A stretch of 63,421 nt of DNA, the filler included, from Nemertoderma westbladi (Eukaryota > Animalia > Xenacoelomorpha): the NCBI GenBank assembly GCA_032718475.1. It is 4 parts of 4 records of this genome, joined end to end, with 100 filler letters (N's around TTAATTAATTAA, not from the genome) between each part and the next. Parts side by side here need not be neighbours in the genome. Positions count along the whole stretch, not along the records: positions 1 to 27,162 come from JAUCBJ010006980.1; 3 more parts are not named here. One strand, given 5' to 3'. Positions within the stretch are counted from its first letter, which is position 1, and each line of letters starts with the position of its first letter. A program made the translations under genes and the position numbers. Positions 1 through 12,712 of the stretch are shown here, piece by piece. The notes under the pieces are model-generated. The model had not been told where the DNA came from and made no database searches. It saw only the letters and a program-made list of their open reading frames with translations.

Positions 1-433
1 CTGGGCTCTAACTGCTGAGGACACCAAATCTCTGGATGGCACATTCACAAGAATGCTACGCCGGGTACATTGTGTCAAGTACAATGCACACATCTCCAAC
101 CAGACACTATATAACATTGGAGGTGTCTCATTGGTTCCCCCAAGCTTGACACTAGAACAAAATCGCCTCCGCTTTGCAGGACATTGCTTTCGCCGTGAGG
201 ACCAGCCAGTGCATAATCTTGTACTTTGGCAGCCTCATGGAGTGAATAAGCATGGTGGACAGCCCATGACTTTCTTGAGACGCATCTTAAAGGACACTGG
301 CCTTAAAGATGCGGATGATCTAGCAAATGTCATGGGTGACAGGGAGTTGTGGCGGTGCAATTTTGTTGACAAGCCGGCACAGCATTCTTAAAAATGCAGC
401 TGCAATGCAGCATGCCGATCCTAGTAGTAGTAG
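1..433 (+). mobile_element. RTE-clade LINE 3' fragment with (TAG)n tail, inserted into the Bel/Pao RT
   Basis: ORF 53-391 has the RTE C-terminal pattern RLRFAGHCFR...LVLWQP...DRELWR. It ends in (TAG)4 at 422-433. A near-identical inverted copy lies at 45921-46349. Confidence 0.85.
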
Positions 434-435
434 TA

Positions 436-3400
436 CTGGGCCGGATAAGTCTTCATTCTCATACCAGAGAAAGCGAAGGCTATCCTGGTCTGTCTTACAT
501 GCTCTTACCTGGTGGAACATCGCCTCGATGTCACAAGTAAATGCGAATCGCCGCTGTCTAAAACGTAACAGTATTCCGATCAAATAGTTATTCAGGTTGG
601 GACCATCCATCAACTCTGAATTCAGGGACATACCTCTATAGACTGCTGCGCAGTCGTTGACTACTCGGACTTTGTCTGGCTTGTCAGGGTGAGTCACATA
701 GTGGTGCGGAAGGTAATAAGTCTGGTCTGTCACTAAGTCAGGGTCCTCTACCTTCCCAGCAAATCCCTTGGCGAAATAGTTGTTGATCTGGGCGCAATAC
801 TTCTCCCTAATGCCTGGATTCTTCAACAACCGAGCCCTTACTCCGTTTAATCTTTTCAAGGCTAAGTTGTAGTTGTTCTCCAACTTAGGTGGTTGTCGAC
901 GCCACAACATTCCAACTTCAAAATGTCCAGTCGGTAGTAGACGTATAGTGTCTTCCATCATCTCCAGCGACCGTTTCTCATCAGTAGACATGGCTAGGTC
1001 ATATCCACCGGGTTCCATTGCATCCCTATCCAGCCATTCGACGGTTCTGGCTCCTGTCTCGAGGTCCTGGCGTATCAATTCCTTCTGTAGTTCCTCCTCA
1101 CTGTATTGGAAAATGTCTAGGTCTCGATATTTAGCCACTTGACCCTCCACTATGTCTGTATAAGTCAAAACGTTAGTCAGATAAGTAGCGTGGGCCGCTG
1201 AACCAGACCCACGGGTCTGATAACAGTAGTCCTCGGGTTCACTATCTGTCCGGTCGTTGTGAAGTGGTTCCGACAACCTAACATTATCGGGAATCAACTC
1301 CTCGTCCGACTCGCTAAAGTCATTATAGTGGTCAATACAGGTTCTCCTAAACTCGTCTATGTCTGGTGGTTCTACTAACGGTGGTTGAGTTATAGGCTGT
1401 AATTCGTCGTATCTGTTTATTGGCTTGTCGCCACCTGTAAACTCATAAGACATGGGTACTCGTGTATACCAACCTAGTATGGTCCTATGTGCATGTGGTC
1501 CATTGACATGCGGCTCAGCTGGTCTCGTTTCCCATATTTGGTGTGCGATCAGCTGTTCTGCACCAATCAACATAGAAACATTCCTATAACCTACCTGGTG
1601 TCTGGGTATCCTGAGCTTGTCAAAATACTCCTGTGCTATGGGACTCATCGGCGGCACCTTACCTAACTGCCTGCCGAATCCCTTCATAGCTAGACACTTA
1701 AATCCGTCCAATGGCAAAGCTTTCCGTTCTTGTCGAGTATGTTGGTCTCTCGGAAGTAGGGAATCTAGTTCTACCGAAATTCTGTGTCCCTTGAGGTCTC
1801 CTACTCCATGCATAGACTTCAACTCTATTTGGATCTCCTCGGCGTCCTGGAAGCTAGAAACAGCTCTCGCCACTTCCTCGTCGATATAAGATAATGTGGA
1901 CGCAGTGTCCAACATCACATATATTCGCTTCGATCCCTTATCGCCGGTGAGTTTCACCGGAATCACGCTAAATATTTCCGACGTGGCCGATGATAAATAC
2001 GTCCGTGCGCTGGTCGATGAACTATCCGCAGTAAACCCTTGGCAGGTCACTTCTCTCGCGCTCGACTCGCCATCTTCGTCCGACGAACCTGGTTGATAAC
2101 CATCGTCCTGGATGCCAGTGTACGTATTCCTCCTTATCGATACGGGTTCTTTGCTCCCCTTCCTGTGAGGATTTCGCTGTAAGTAACGGTCCGTTGGGGT
2201 GTGGAAATCCGCATGTAGCAACTTGTGATGTAGTCTGCCGCATTCCATGCATCCGTCCTTGCTGTTCGGGCACTGCCGCCGTACATGGCCTAGCGCAAGA
2301 CATGCCCAACAGGTGTCCAACGTCCGCACTTGAACTCTTCTCTGTTCCGAATTTAATTCTTTGAACCGTCTGCAACTATCCAACTTATGGTCGTCAGATC
2401 TTACCTCCTTTAGTAAACAGTATTGGCAACCTACAAATCCATCCGGCAATTCCTGTTGCTTTAACCTAGGTCTATCTAACCGCTCACCTGACCATACTCG
2501 CGAGTCTGATCTAAAGGCTGGGGTATTCGAATTATATCTGTCTACTGAGTTAAATGTCACAGTGGTCCTGTCATCGTCAAAACTTACCATAGACTTACCG
2601 GTAACAGGTTTAGACTCCCTCATATTCTCTTCTGAGAAGTTTGATTTCATCTCTGCTACTGCGTCTGTGGCTATCATGTCATGAATATGCTGAAGTGTCA
2701 ATACTTTACCTTGGCCCTCCAACTTATTCTCTAATTTGCGCCATTTCTGTCGGTAACGCATGTTTAGACGTCTTATTACGCTCTTCAAAACTTCGGCGTG
2801 ATCACCATGATGAGGTAGATTCACCGTCCTCAAGATGTCCAATGCGTTCGAAATAGCGTTCGCTAAGTTCAACAGCTCTAACGGAGTTGTAATCCTTCCG
2901 CCCTTACCCAAGTCTTCTACTATCGACTGCGCCATCTTCGTTTTATTCCCGTAGATGTCGCTAAGCGTCTTCATCGCTAACTCGAATGCCCGTTCATTGC
3001 CGACGAAGTTATCAGCAATGGCTCTAGGTTCTCGATGGAGCATCTGAAGCAAATAGTTGAACTTCTCGTTGGGAGTAAAGGTGCTGTTGGTTAGCTGCTC
3101 GTCGACATAGGTTTTAAAGGTCCTCCAGTGCTTATGGTTGCCCATAAACTTCTGGGGTTGTTGCGTCGGCAGTCCTTGCCTAGCAGCAAACTTACCTATG
3201 TCCCTAAGGGTTGCGTCGTTCCGGGTTAACAAATGGTTTAGTTCCGCAGGGTTATTAAGTCTGGTCCTTTCCCGGTGGTTCCAACTTACCTGCTCCGCGT
3301 CGGTCCTTCTTTCCTTATAGTTTCGGGACTTCTGACGTCTCATGTCTTCCTCTTCATCGCTTGACTCAGTGTCAGTCCTTAGCGCTCGTGTTGGCTTGCG

Positions 3401-5722
3401 CGCCGAGGCCCTGACCCAAGCTTCTTGTATAAATTTCTCAGCCGAATTTTCGAAATTGGGATTATGAATATTCGGGACAGGCGTCCTCACCTGAGGTCTA
3501 TGTGGTATAGTCTCCTCTGATATGCGTACTCGTTGACTAGGCTGGACTTTATCTAACTCAGGCCTGCTGGGATTTGAATTACTTCTTACCTGGGCTGCTT
3601 CCTTTAACCGTAGGTTGCTAAGCATGTCCGTTATAGGTTGGATGTGTGGCGATATAGCTTGCGCTAAACTAGCACTTAACTCATCCCTCGTAATAAATTC
3701 CTGGCTAGGGTTCTGTTGTATAGTCGGCTCTATCTGAGTAATCCGCTGTCTCTCATATGATCCCTCTTCCGGTTTAACCCGGAAGTTCTCCGTCGAACTG
3801 GGTCGGCGCTCCGTCCGCGTATTCCAAACCCGCGGGTTCGGTTCGCCCAATACTCGGCCCGTCGGAGTTTCTTCTCTAAATTCTTCGTTGTCGCGTTCGG
3901 TGTATAGTGGTGCGGTGTTCTGATGCCGTGGATTCTGCGCGATAGGTGAAGCACTAATACCAACTGGCGTGCGATATGTAGAGAACGGTTTGGCGATCCG
4001 TGTACTCGTAATAGCTGGACCGGGTATAGGAATTCTGGTCGTCGTCGACTCGCGTATAGTCGGAGTTCTCGCTTCCTGTTCGGCCTTCTGCAGTGCGAAC
4101 AGTTCTCGCAACTCGGTCCCTACACTCGCCCCACATTCTTCGATCATTCGCATCCCCTTCTCGGCGATTTCATTCGCCTTCCTGGTCCGTTCTTCGCTCT
4201 CTAAATTTAATCTCGCACTTTCCAACTGCGCCAGTTTACGTTCTTCTTCTTCCCTCGCTCGTCTCGCTGCGCCCTCTTCTTCCAGTCGCGCCTTTTCTTC
4301 ATACAACATCTGTCGCTCCTTCTCGATCTCGAGTTCGCGTTCCTTGCGTTCGCGTTCAAGTTCGAGTTCGCGTTCTTTCTGTTCGCGTTCGAGTTGGAGT
4401 TCGCGTTTCTTCGCTTCCTGTTCGCGTTCGAGTTCGCGTTTCTTCGCTTCCCGTTCGCGTTCAAGTTGGAGTTCGCGTTCTTTCTGTTTGCGTTCAAATT
4501 GGAGTTCGCGTTCTTTCTGTTCGCGTTTCAGTTGGAGTTCGCGTTCCTTTCGTTCGCGTTCCGCTTGCTCACGCTTACCTTTGTCTTCCAACTCCCGCAA
4601 CTTTGCGTCTAACTTACGTGCGCGCTCCCGTTCCCGCTCAGCTTCCTTCCGTGCTTCCGATGCACGCAAAACTTCCGCCTGTTGTTCGTCCAGTCGGCGT
4701 CTTCTCTCCTCCGCCGAGTTGTGAGAAACAAGGGATCTAGCACATATAACTTTCCCTCGCGCGTGACTAACCTGGGAATCGCCACTGTCTCTAGATGCGT
4801 CGTCGGGTGGAGTCAGCGTTCTCTGTTGGATGTTCTCCGTCGTCGGTAGCACCTGGCCCGGTACCACCACTCCATTCTGCATCAGCCAGCTAGTAACTTC
4901 CCTTTGATACCGGCGCTCTTCTTTGTCTTGGATCTCTTCTCGCTCCACTAAGTCTCTCAACTCTGCGTCACTCACCTGAGTCGCCTGCGTTTGTGATGCC
5001 CATAGCAGCCAGTTCTCCGTCCTAACCCGTCGGAATCGCTCCGATAACTCGCGGTGCTCCAACAAGGCTGCTAAAACCCTGTCGTAAATCCTCGTCGCCA
5101 CGTCGCTCGACTGAGACTCTACTGCCTTCTTCGCTAGGACTGCAAGCTCCTCCGTCTGCTTAAATAACGCTGAGTTATATCCTCTTCTAATCTCTACTAA
5201 CCCTTCCCTCCCGATGTTCGCTGAGTCAGCTAACATCTTCCTTACCTTGTCCGTCGTCCGAGTTATATGTCCGGCATGCGCGCGAAGTTTCTTCTTTATC
5301 GCGATATCGAACTCTCTATCACTCACCTGACTTACACTCGGTGGACTTGAAGGATTATTTCGGGAACTACGGGTACTCCTAACAGCCGTCGGGACCACGG
5401 CACTTACCATACCCACAGGTCTGGAAACCGGGCTCCGGGCTCTCGCTTCTGCTACACTACCCTCCCTATCACTCACCTCTGTCCGGGCTGCCGTACAGTC
5501 CTTCCTATCAGTAGCGGTAGGGGATCCTAATACTATTACTTGAGGTTGTTGTTCTTCCTCACTAGTCACTGTCTCGTCCTCCTGTTCACTTACGTCAGCG
5601 TCGCTCGCTGCGTCGTCATAGTCGGCATTGTCATCAACAGTAATGTTTACGCTATCGTCAGTCGGCGGTCCGGCCGCCGTCTCGTAGCTGTCCTCTAGTG
5701 CCTCCTTGTCTGAGACACTCAT
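436..5722 (-). CDS. Bel/Pao LTR retrotransposon gag-protease-RT polyprotein, truncated within RT by the RTE insertion
   Basis: The ORF has a DUF1759-like gag core (PQKFMGNHKHWRTF..EKFNYLLQML) and three Cys/His knuckles (CQYC..H..C, CWACLALGHVRRQC, CMECGRLHHKLLH). It also has protease LDTAS and the Pao RT start YYLPHH..KVRVVNDCA..LNSELMDGPNL..DIEAMFHQV..DSLRFLW. The 320-435 part of the called ORF is antisense RTE readthrough. Confidence 0.93.
4320..4562 (-). repeat. 33-bp coding tandem repeat (11-aa ERERKERELQL-type coiled coil) in gag
   Basis: Repeated gttcgcgtt..gagttcgcgtt units translate to EREQKERELQL and ERKQKERELQL variants. Confidence 0.85.
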
Positions 5723-8641
5723 AGTCTAAATAATGTTTTGCCTTCCGGCAAAAATATCTCGCAAAGTTCGAGATATAATTATAATTTAACCGAAAATACG
5801 GTCAAATTATTTGTCTAATAATCAGTTGGTCCAAATGTCAAAATAAATTCGCAATGCAATATTGTGAATTTAATGGGGTATATAGTTATAGCAAATACTA
5901 GCACAATATTTAAACAAAATATTATTATATAGCTACTATATAGTATTAAATACCGGTATAGCACAAAATAACTCTGAATCTAATACAAAATATTCAAAAT
6001 ATACTTGCCGCCCGAATATTTCTAATTTTATATATATAGCTCTAATCAACGTAATTTTAATTTCAAATATTATATGTATCCACTAGCGCGTGGCTACATC
6101 TTCGGGTTGCGACTCTCTCTAACTCTCTCTCTAACTTGAGCGATTCAAAAAACCATGGCCGGCTAAACATAAATATCCTAACTAATAAATTGAGTTCAGC
6201 TTCGCAGTTAAACAACCGATAATTTTTTACTGCTTCCACAAACACACTGGTGCCAACAGAACAACTAACCTTGTTTGCTGTGAGATTCCACGTCCGCGTC
6301 CAAAGATTCAGGCCCTTCGCTGATTGCAAACCGAACCCGCAGACCCACACGAACCCCAAACTCAGAAGTTCCGTCTTGCCATGTATCTCCAGATGGTATA
6401 AAATAACTAAGCGGTTACCTAACATACCGGTACAAAACTCTAGAATTTTACAAAATAATTTTGACCGAAACTGAATTCTCGCAAACCTAGCTAATAATTT
6501 TCAAAAAACTTACTAATTACTGTTTGCCCTAAGGCCTAAGGAACTGCTGTATTCGCAATTAGCAAAAACGCACTACCGTACATCCACTGTACGCAGTACA
6601 GTAAGTAAAACAGTACACCAACCTAACAGCCTAATGATACTGTATGTGGTACGGCAAAACAAATGTCCCTTCTACCGTACGCAGTAACAACAATCAGCCT
6701 AATGTACTACTGTACTATTGTACGCAGCCAGTGAATACAGTAATCTAAACTAACAGCCTAAAATAATATACTCAATGTTCTACTGTACGCTACAGCCTAC
6801 AGCAAATAAAACATACCTCACTGTTAAACAACCGCGACACCTATACTAACAGCAGAACTGTTGAACAGACAAATACCCGTATACCTCTCTGCCAACCTAA
6901 TGAGCTCTCGCCTAACCAATAAGACACAAAGACTGCTCTACTGTTAAGTAAAGGGGATCAGGAGCGTGCTATTACTAAATTGTAAGGGTTGCTAAATACA
7001 AAACCGCTACTTACCGTTGGATGGCGCTAATCTGCCGTCCGCTAATTTACTAAATTTACACAGCTCCTGCAAAATCGCTTGTTCCTTTCTCTACCGATCG
7101 CTCGATAGAGAGCTAACTGTTCGAATCTATGAGCCACGTGGGAATAACCAAAACAATAAACCCGAGTCGGCTCCCTAAGCTTACTTAAGACGAGTGCGAG
7201 GGGCTTTGCACTCAGGGTATATTCTTACGCCTAATTTTACTACTGTTGAAGTACGCTAATGCCTACGTCTTTTCTAATCGCGAATACAGAGGGTTCCCTA
7301 ACGAAATGTGTGAATGCGAGAATATTTAAATAAATCAAAATTGGTACAGTACAATGTCTTTCGTAGGTGATACCGCTCTGGGTCTAAACTTGCCTGCAGC
7401 TGGCTTTAGGCCAGCAATTCACTAGTGTCTTGCGTACTAACTATTGCGATCTAGTTTATTGCCCGCTAATTCAAATAACCGCTCAGCGTGAATAGTTTAC
7501 GGTACTCTAATTATTACCTTAGCTACTCTCCGCTATGCTGCGTACTAATTCTTAATTTTACTAATTAATTACAGTCACAAATATGTAACAGCCTAAAATA
7601 CTGTATTACTTTGACCTAATCAGTAATTATTTACAGTAAACTAAGAGATAGAAATCAATCAAAGGGAAAAGAGCGCCTATCTAAGCATTCGTAATCTTAG
7701 GCACACTTTAGTAACACATCAATCAGAGTCAGCAATCACGGATCACAATAGCACGACTTGCAATTATACAATCTGCAATTATATAATTCACAACTTACTT
7801 ACGTACTTACCCACTTACTTACTGTAAGGTATGCAGGCCCCTCCCGGGTACATCTAGGCTTCCTAACTAACCCAATTCCTGCCCCCTAATACTAAATAGA
7901 GACAAAACCTTGGATCATCAGCCCCCTAATTACTGTACCGGCGAGCGGTCTCCAACCTACAGTCCAAATTGCCCGACCACAATGTTGACCCCCGCCAGCG
8001 TTGCCCGCCTTTGAATCCTCCGCTCTCCCTTAGTCGCCCAACCCCCCGATGTGCCCACCGCCTACTGGCACCTTAGCCCTCCATTATGCTAATAGCTACC
8101 GTAGCGGCGCATGCAAATCACAAAGTCTGACAGTCTCAGAAATCCCTTAGGATTATTGCGCAGAAAGGAATCACATAGAACCATTAATCAAAAAGTAGAA
8201 ATCATAGTTCAGTTGTAATTAGCAGTAATCGAAGGAATTAATTGAGAAACACAATCGAGAGTAATCGCACATGTGAGGTGTCATGGTAAGGCTCTACCGG
8301 CACACCGCCAATTTATAGGTGATCCGGATGGGGTGATGCAATAGGGTGACTCAATCGCTCTCCTATTGGCTCTCCAGTCCGTGCTAGCATTAGACCAACC
8401 TGGAAGCAGTTAATCCAATAAGGAGGCCGGATTGTAGCCCTATTGCTTGCCCAAACCTCGAATTATTACCATATATGGTAATGGTTCACGTCTCTGGCTG
8501 CTGAATGGCCAGGACAGCGTCCCTATATGCTAGCCCTATCAAACTAACATCAGCAAGCACAAAATCCAGGGTCCGAATAAACTCGCTACCCTGGAACTAT
8601 CTACATATATCCTAATACAAAATTACGTAGGTAGGGCTACA
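5723..8641 (-). mobile_element. Putative 5' LTR plus long leader of the Bel/Pao element
   Basis: This is non-coding, strand-biased sequence upstream of gag. On the minus strand it starts TGTAGCCC at 8641 and has a TATAAA near 8311-8316. I could not place the PBS or LTR 3' end, and the second LTR is outside the window. Confidence 0.5.
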
Positions 8642-8828
8642 TACTATACAAAATGGATGGATTCAAATATATGGGTGTTTCGATTTCCCTATCTAAATAT
8701 CATTGCGTTATTATGCCTTATCTAAAATATTATGCTGCACAACGGACTAATATTACATACAGTATAACGGACTGATATTGTGTACAGTATAACGACTAAT
8801 ATTGCATACTGCATAATGACTAATATAT

Positions 8829-9745
8829 GTGGATACAGCGCCATATACCGTAACAGAAGCACATAATGAACACAGACCAACCTTTTGGAGGTAAACTTGT
8901 AATTGCAAATGGAGACCCATACCAACTACCCCCCATTGATGGAAAACTATTCTGGACATCAATCCATTCAGGAACTGCATTTAAGGTAATACTACTGAAA
9001 GAATATGTTCGATGCGCAGCAGACCGTAACCTACAGTTTGTCCTCGAGGCGATCCGCTCCCCAATTATTCCCCCAGATGTTATAGAAGATATAGTCATAA
9101 TCATTTGTAATAATGCCAAATTTCCACCAACATGGGACGATGTACCAGAGCATGCCATGCGTGTTGTTTCAACTAAATGAGGAGAACAAGAAGTAATAAA
9201 ACACTCTCTTGAGGAGAAGGTTCGTGAACCTGGCATTGCTGTTCAGCATATGACAGCAGTAGATGAAGTTTACGATAACTTGCGATGGAAGCCAGCTACA
9301 GGTTATTCCAAAACTCGGATCGATCGTATGAGCTTGGAGCCTGAGGAATTACTTGTATTTGTTGGAGCAGTTCTTCGTCTTACATATAATAAAAGTGTTG
9401 GGAATGTAAAGTTTTCACACAATCGTTTGAAATTTTCACACAGTGATCTAGAGATGTTGAGCAATAATACTTCTAGACAGAATTTAAGTGGTGTTTTGGG
9501 CCGATAATTTAAGAAAATAAAAAAATATATCTATTTATAAATAAAAAATACACTCATCTGTTCAAAATTTCAAAAATCTGTCTAGAAGTTCTGTACAGCA
9601 GCCCAGCCCCCACTGATGCCCCTTGCCAAATTTGAATTTAACTTGACTTAAATTCTAGGAGCCTTAGCATTTAGATTGAAAATCAGAAAAATTTGAATAA
9701 AATTGGCTGGAAATGCAAATTTGAATTTTTTTTTTAATCGTTTTA
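8829..9745 (+). pseudogene. PIF1-like (Helitron-type) helicase fragment plus AT-rich repeat tail, tandem copy 1
   Basis: Contains PFGGKLVIANGDPYQLPPI (PIF1 motif III) and a premature TGA at 9178-9180. It is duplicated at 11091-11881 and 11882-12712. Confidence 0.85.
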
Positions 9746-9764
9746 AGTAAGTATTTATTAAGTA

Positions 9765-11660
9765 AGTATTTGTCATCGGATTTTATACACCATAATACAG
9801 AGATGTTTAATATCCGTCCACCAGAGTTGCTAGCTATAAAGAAACTTGCTCTATATCACGAGATTGTTGTTCCTAATAAAGGAAGGTTCAGTGGAAACAG
9901 TAATATATTTCTTTGCGATCCTTTGAAAATACCTCTTTATGATGGCTGTGGTAACAATATTAAATTGAGACGATCTGGAATCGAAAAGCTTAGAGCTTAT
10001 GTTAACACACTTGGAGAAATACATGAACCGGTTATTATTCAATGTAGTTTAGATTTCCTTCATTGCCTCCTCAATGCCTGGACACAGAAGCCAATGCAGA
10101 AGAACAGCCAACGACTAAAATATTTGTAGATGAAAGTGAAAGTGGTGAAGTTATACCAGTAGTGAAAGATGTACATCCAAGGGAACAAATTAAATTCATA
10201 TACCATATTATACTAGCATTAGGTACTTATGAGACAGAATTTGATATATTTGATAATACCACAGGTTTCCGTATACCGTTCCAACGTGTAGGACTTATTC
10301 GAGACTCAAATAATTTAGTTCAAGAGGAAATTACATTAGTTCTTAGGCTATATCTTTATGAGCTCTGCATCCATCTCCCTATCCATAAAAGACAATTCCA
10401 AGAATACGTCAAACTGTCCAAAGAAGCTATTGATTCTATACTGGGTGGAGGTGAGGAATATACAAGTGATCTCCCAGATGTTTCTGAAATAGCCATAAAG
10501 GAGAAGGCCGAGGAGGTTATTAACATTATTGAGATGGAGCATCGTACAACATTGTCAAAGAATCTTATTGGTGCCATAGCTCCCAAGATGGATGATGTAC
10601 CCAATATAACCGAAGTGGTAGGAGCTACAGTTGAAAGTCCAATATTCTGGGATCCTATTTTACCAACAGTTCCTCATCAGTCAGAGGCCAGCATAATTGA
10701 GCAGGGTATTGCTCTCAAAAGGCAAAGAATACAATAGACGAATTCAAGGATCCAACCCACCTTTCCAATCGTTTTCCATGCATTGTTGGCCCACCAGGAG
10801 CAGGTAAGACATTTCTAGTGCAAGCAGTTTCCCTCTATGCTGTGTTGCGGATTAAATGTGGTATTGACATCTTTAACATCTGAAAGGGCACGTTCACTAG
10901 GAGGAATACACTTACACCAGTTATTTCCCTTAGAGGTGACCAAGAAAAAACTTTCACCTGACTCAATGGCATCACATACTATTAAGGCGCTACAAGGCTC
11001 TGACGCTAAAAAAAATGGTTCTATTACAAAGAATGGATGTTTTAGTTATCGAGGAGATTGGACTAATTTCTGCAGAACAGTATGGTGTTTTGGATACAGT
11101 AATGAAGCACATAATGAACACAGACCAACCTTTTGGAGGTAAACTTGTAATTGCAAATGGAGACCCATACCAACTACCCCCCATTGATGGAAAACCATTC
11201 TGGACATCAATCCATTTAGGAACTGCATTTAAGGTAATACTACTGAAAGAATATGTTCGATGCGCAGCAGACCGTAACCTACAGTTTGTCCTCGAGGTGA
11301 TCCGCTCCCCAATTATTCCCCCAGATGTTATAGAAGATATAGTCATGATCATTTCTAATAATGCCAAATTTCCACCAACATGGGACGATGTACCAGAGCA
11401 TGCCATGCATGTTGTTTCAACTAAATTAGGGGAACAAGAAGTAATAAAACACTCTCTTGAGGAGAAGGTTCGTGAACCTGGCATTGTTGTTCAGCATATG
11501 ACAGCAGTAGATGAAGTTTACAATAACTTGCGATGGAAGCCAGCTACAGGTTATTCCAAAACTCGGATCGATCGTATGAGCTTGGAGCCTGAGGAAAAAC
11601 TTGTATTTGTTGGAGCAGTTCTTCGTCTTACATATAATAAAAGTGTTAGGAATGTAAAGT
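9765..11660 (+). pseudogene. Frameshifted Helitron RepHel C-terminal part (PIF1/SF1B helicase)
   Basis: An RPPEL motif is followed by Walker A GPPGAGKT (about 10788-10811), LHQLF, Walker B VLVIEEIGLIS and FGGKLVIANGDPYQLPPI. These are spread over ORFs 9770-10129, 10063-10737, 10837-11142 and 11015-11755. Confidence 0.8.
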
Positions 11661-11881
11661 TTTCACACAATCGTTTGAAAATTTCACACAGTGATCTAGA
11701 GATGTTGAGCAATAATACTTCTAGACAGAATTTAAGTGGTGTTTTGGGCCGATAATTTAAAAAAATAAAAAAATATATATATTTTTAAATAAAAAATACA
11801 CTCATCTGTTCAAAATTTCAAAAATCTGTCTAGAAGTTCTGTACAGCAGCCCAGCCCCCACTGATGCCCCTTGCCAAATTG

Positions 11882-12712
11882 GAAAATGGAGACCCATACC
11901 AACTACCCCCCATTGATGGAAAACCATTCTGGACATCAATCCATTTAGGAACTGCATTTAAGGTAATACTACTGAAAGAATATGTTCGATGCGCAGCAGA
12001 CCGTAACCTACAGTTTGTCCTCGAGGTGATCCGCTCCCCAATTATTCCCCCAGATGTTATAGAAGATATAGTCATGATCATTTCTAATAATGCCAAATTT
12101 CCACCAACATGGGACGATGTACCAGAGCATGCCATGCATGTTGTTTCAACTAAATTAGGGGAACAAGAAGTAATAAAACACTCTCTTGAGGAGAAGGTTC
12201 GTGAACCTGGCATTGTTGTTCAGCATATGACAGCAGTAGATGAAGTTTACAATAACTTGCGATGGAAGCCAGCTACAGGTTATTCCAAAACTCGGATCGA
12301 TCGTATGAGCTTGGAGCCTGAGGAAAAACTTGTATTTGTTGGAGCAGTTCTTCGTCTTACATATAATAAAAGTGTTAGGAATGTAAAGTTTTCACACAAT
12401 CGTTTGAAAATTTCACACAGTGATCTAGAGATGTTGAGCAATAATACTTCTAGACAGAATTTAAGTGGTGTTTTGGGCCGATAATTTAAAAAAATAAAAA
12501 AATATATATTTTTTTAAATAAAAAATACACTCATCTGTTCAAAATTTCAAAAATCTGTCTAGAAGTTCTGTACAGCAGCCCAGCCCCCACTGATGCCCCT
12601 TGCCAAATTTGAATTTAACTTGACTTAAATTCTAGGAGCCTTAGCATTTAGAATGAAAATTTTAAATGAGAATGGAAATGCAAATTTGAATTTTTTTTTT
12701 AATCGTTTTAAG
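11882..12712 (+). repeat. Tandem copy 3 of the helicase fragment plus tail
   Basis: Almost base-identical to about 11155-11881. ORF 11864-12484 repeats the protein of ORF 11015-11755. Confidence 0.9.

Noticed and set aside
320-435. Hydrophobic C-terminus of the 1800-aa ORF (LLLLGSACCIAAAFL) as an env-like TM segment
   Set aside because: It is the antisense readthrough of the inserted RTE tail. The same peptide appears at 45825-46034.
3969-4740. Ser/Arg-rich and Val/Arg-rich ORFs on the plus strand
   Set aside because: They are shadow frames of the repetitive gag coiled-coil region.
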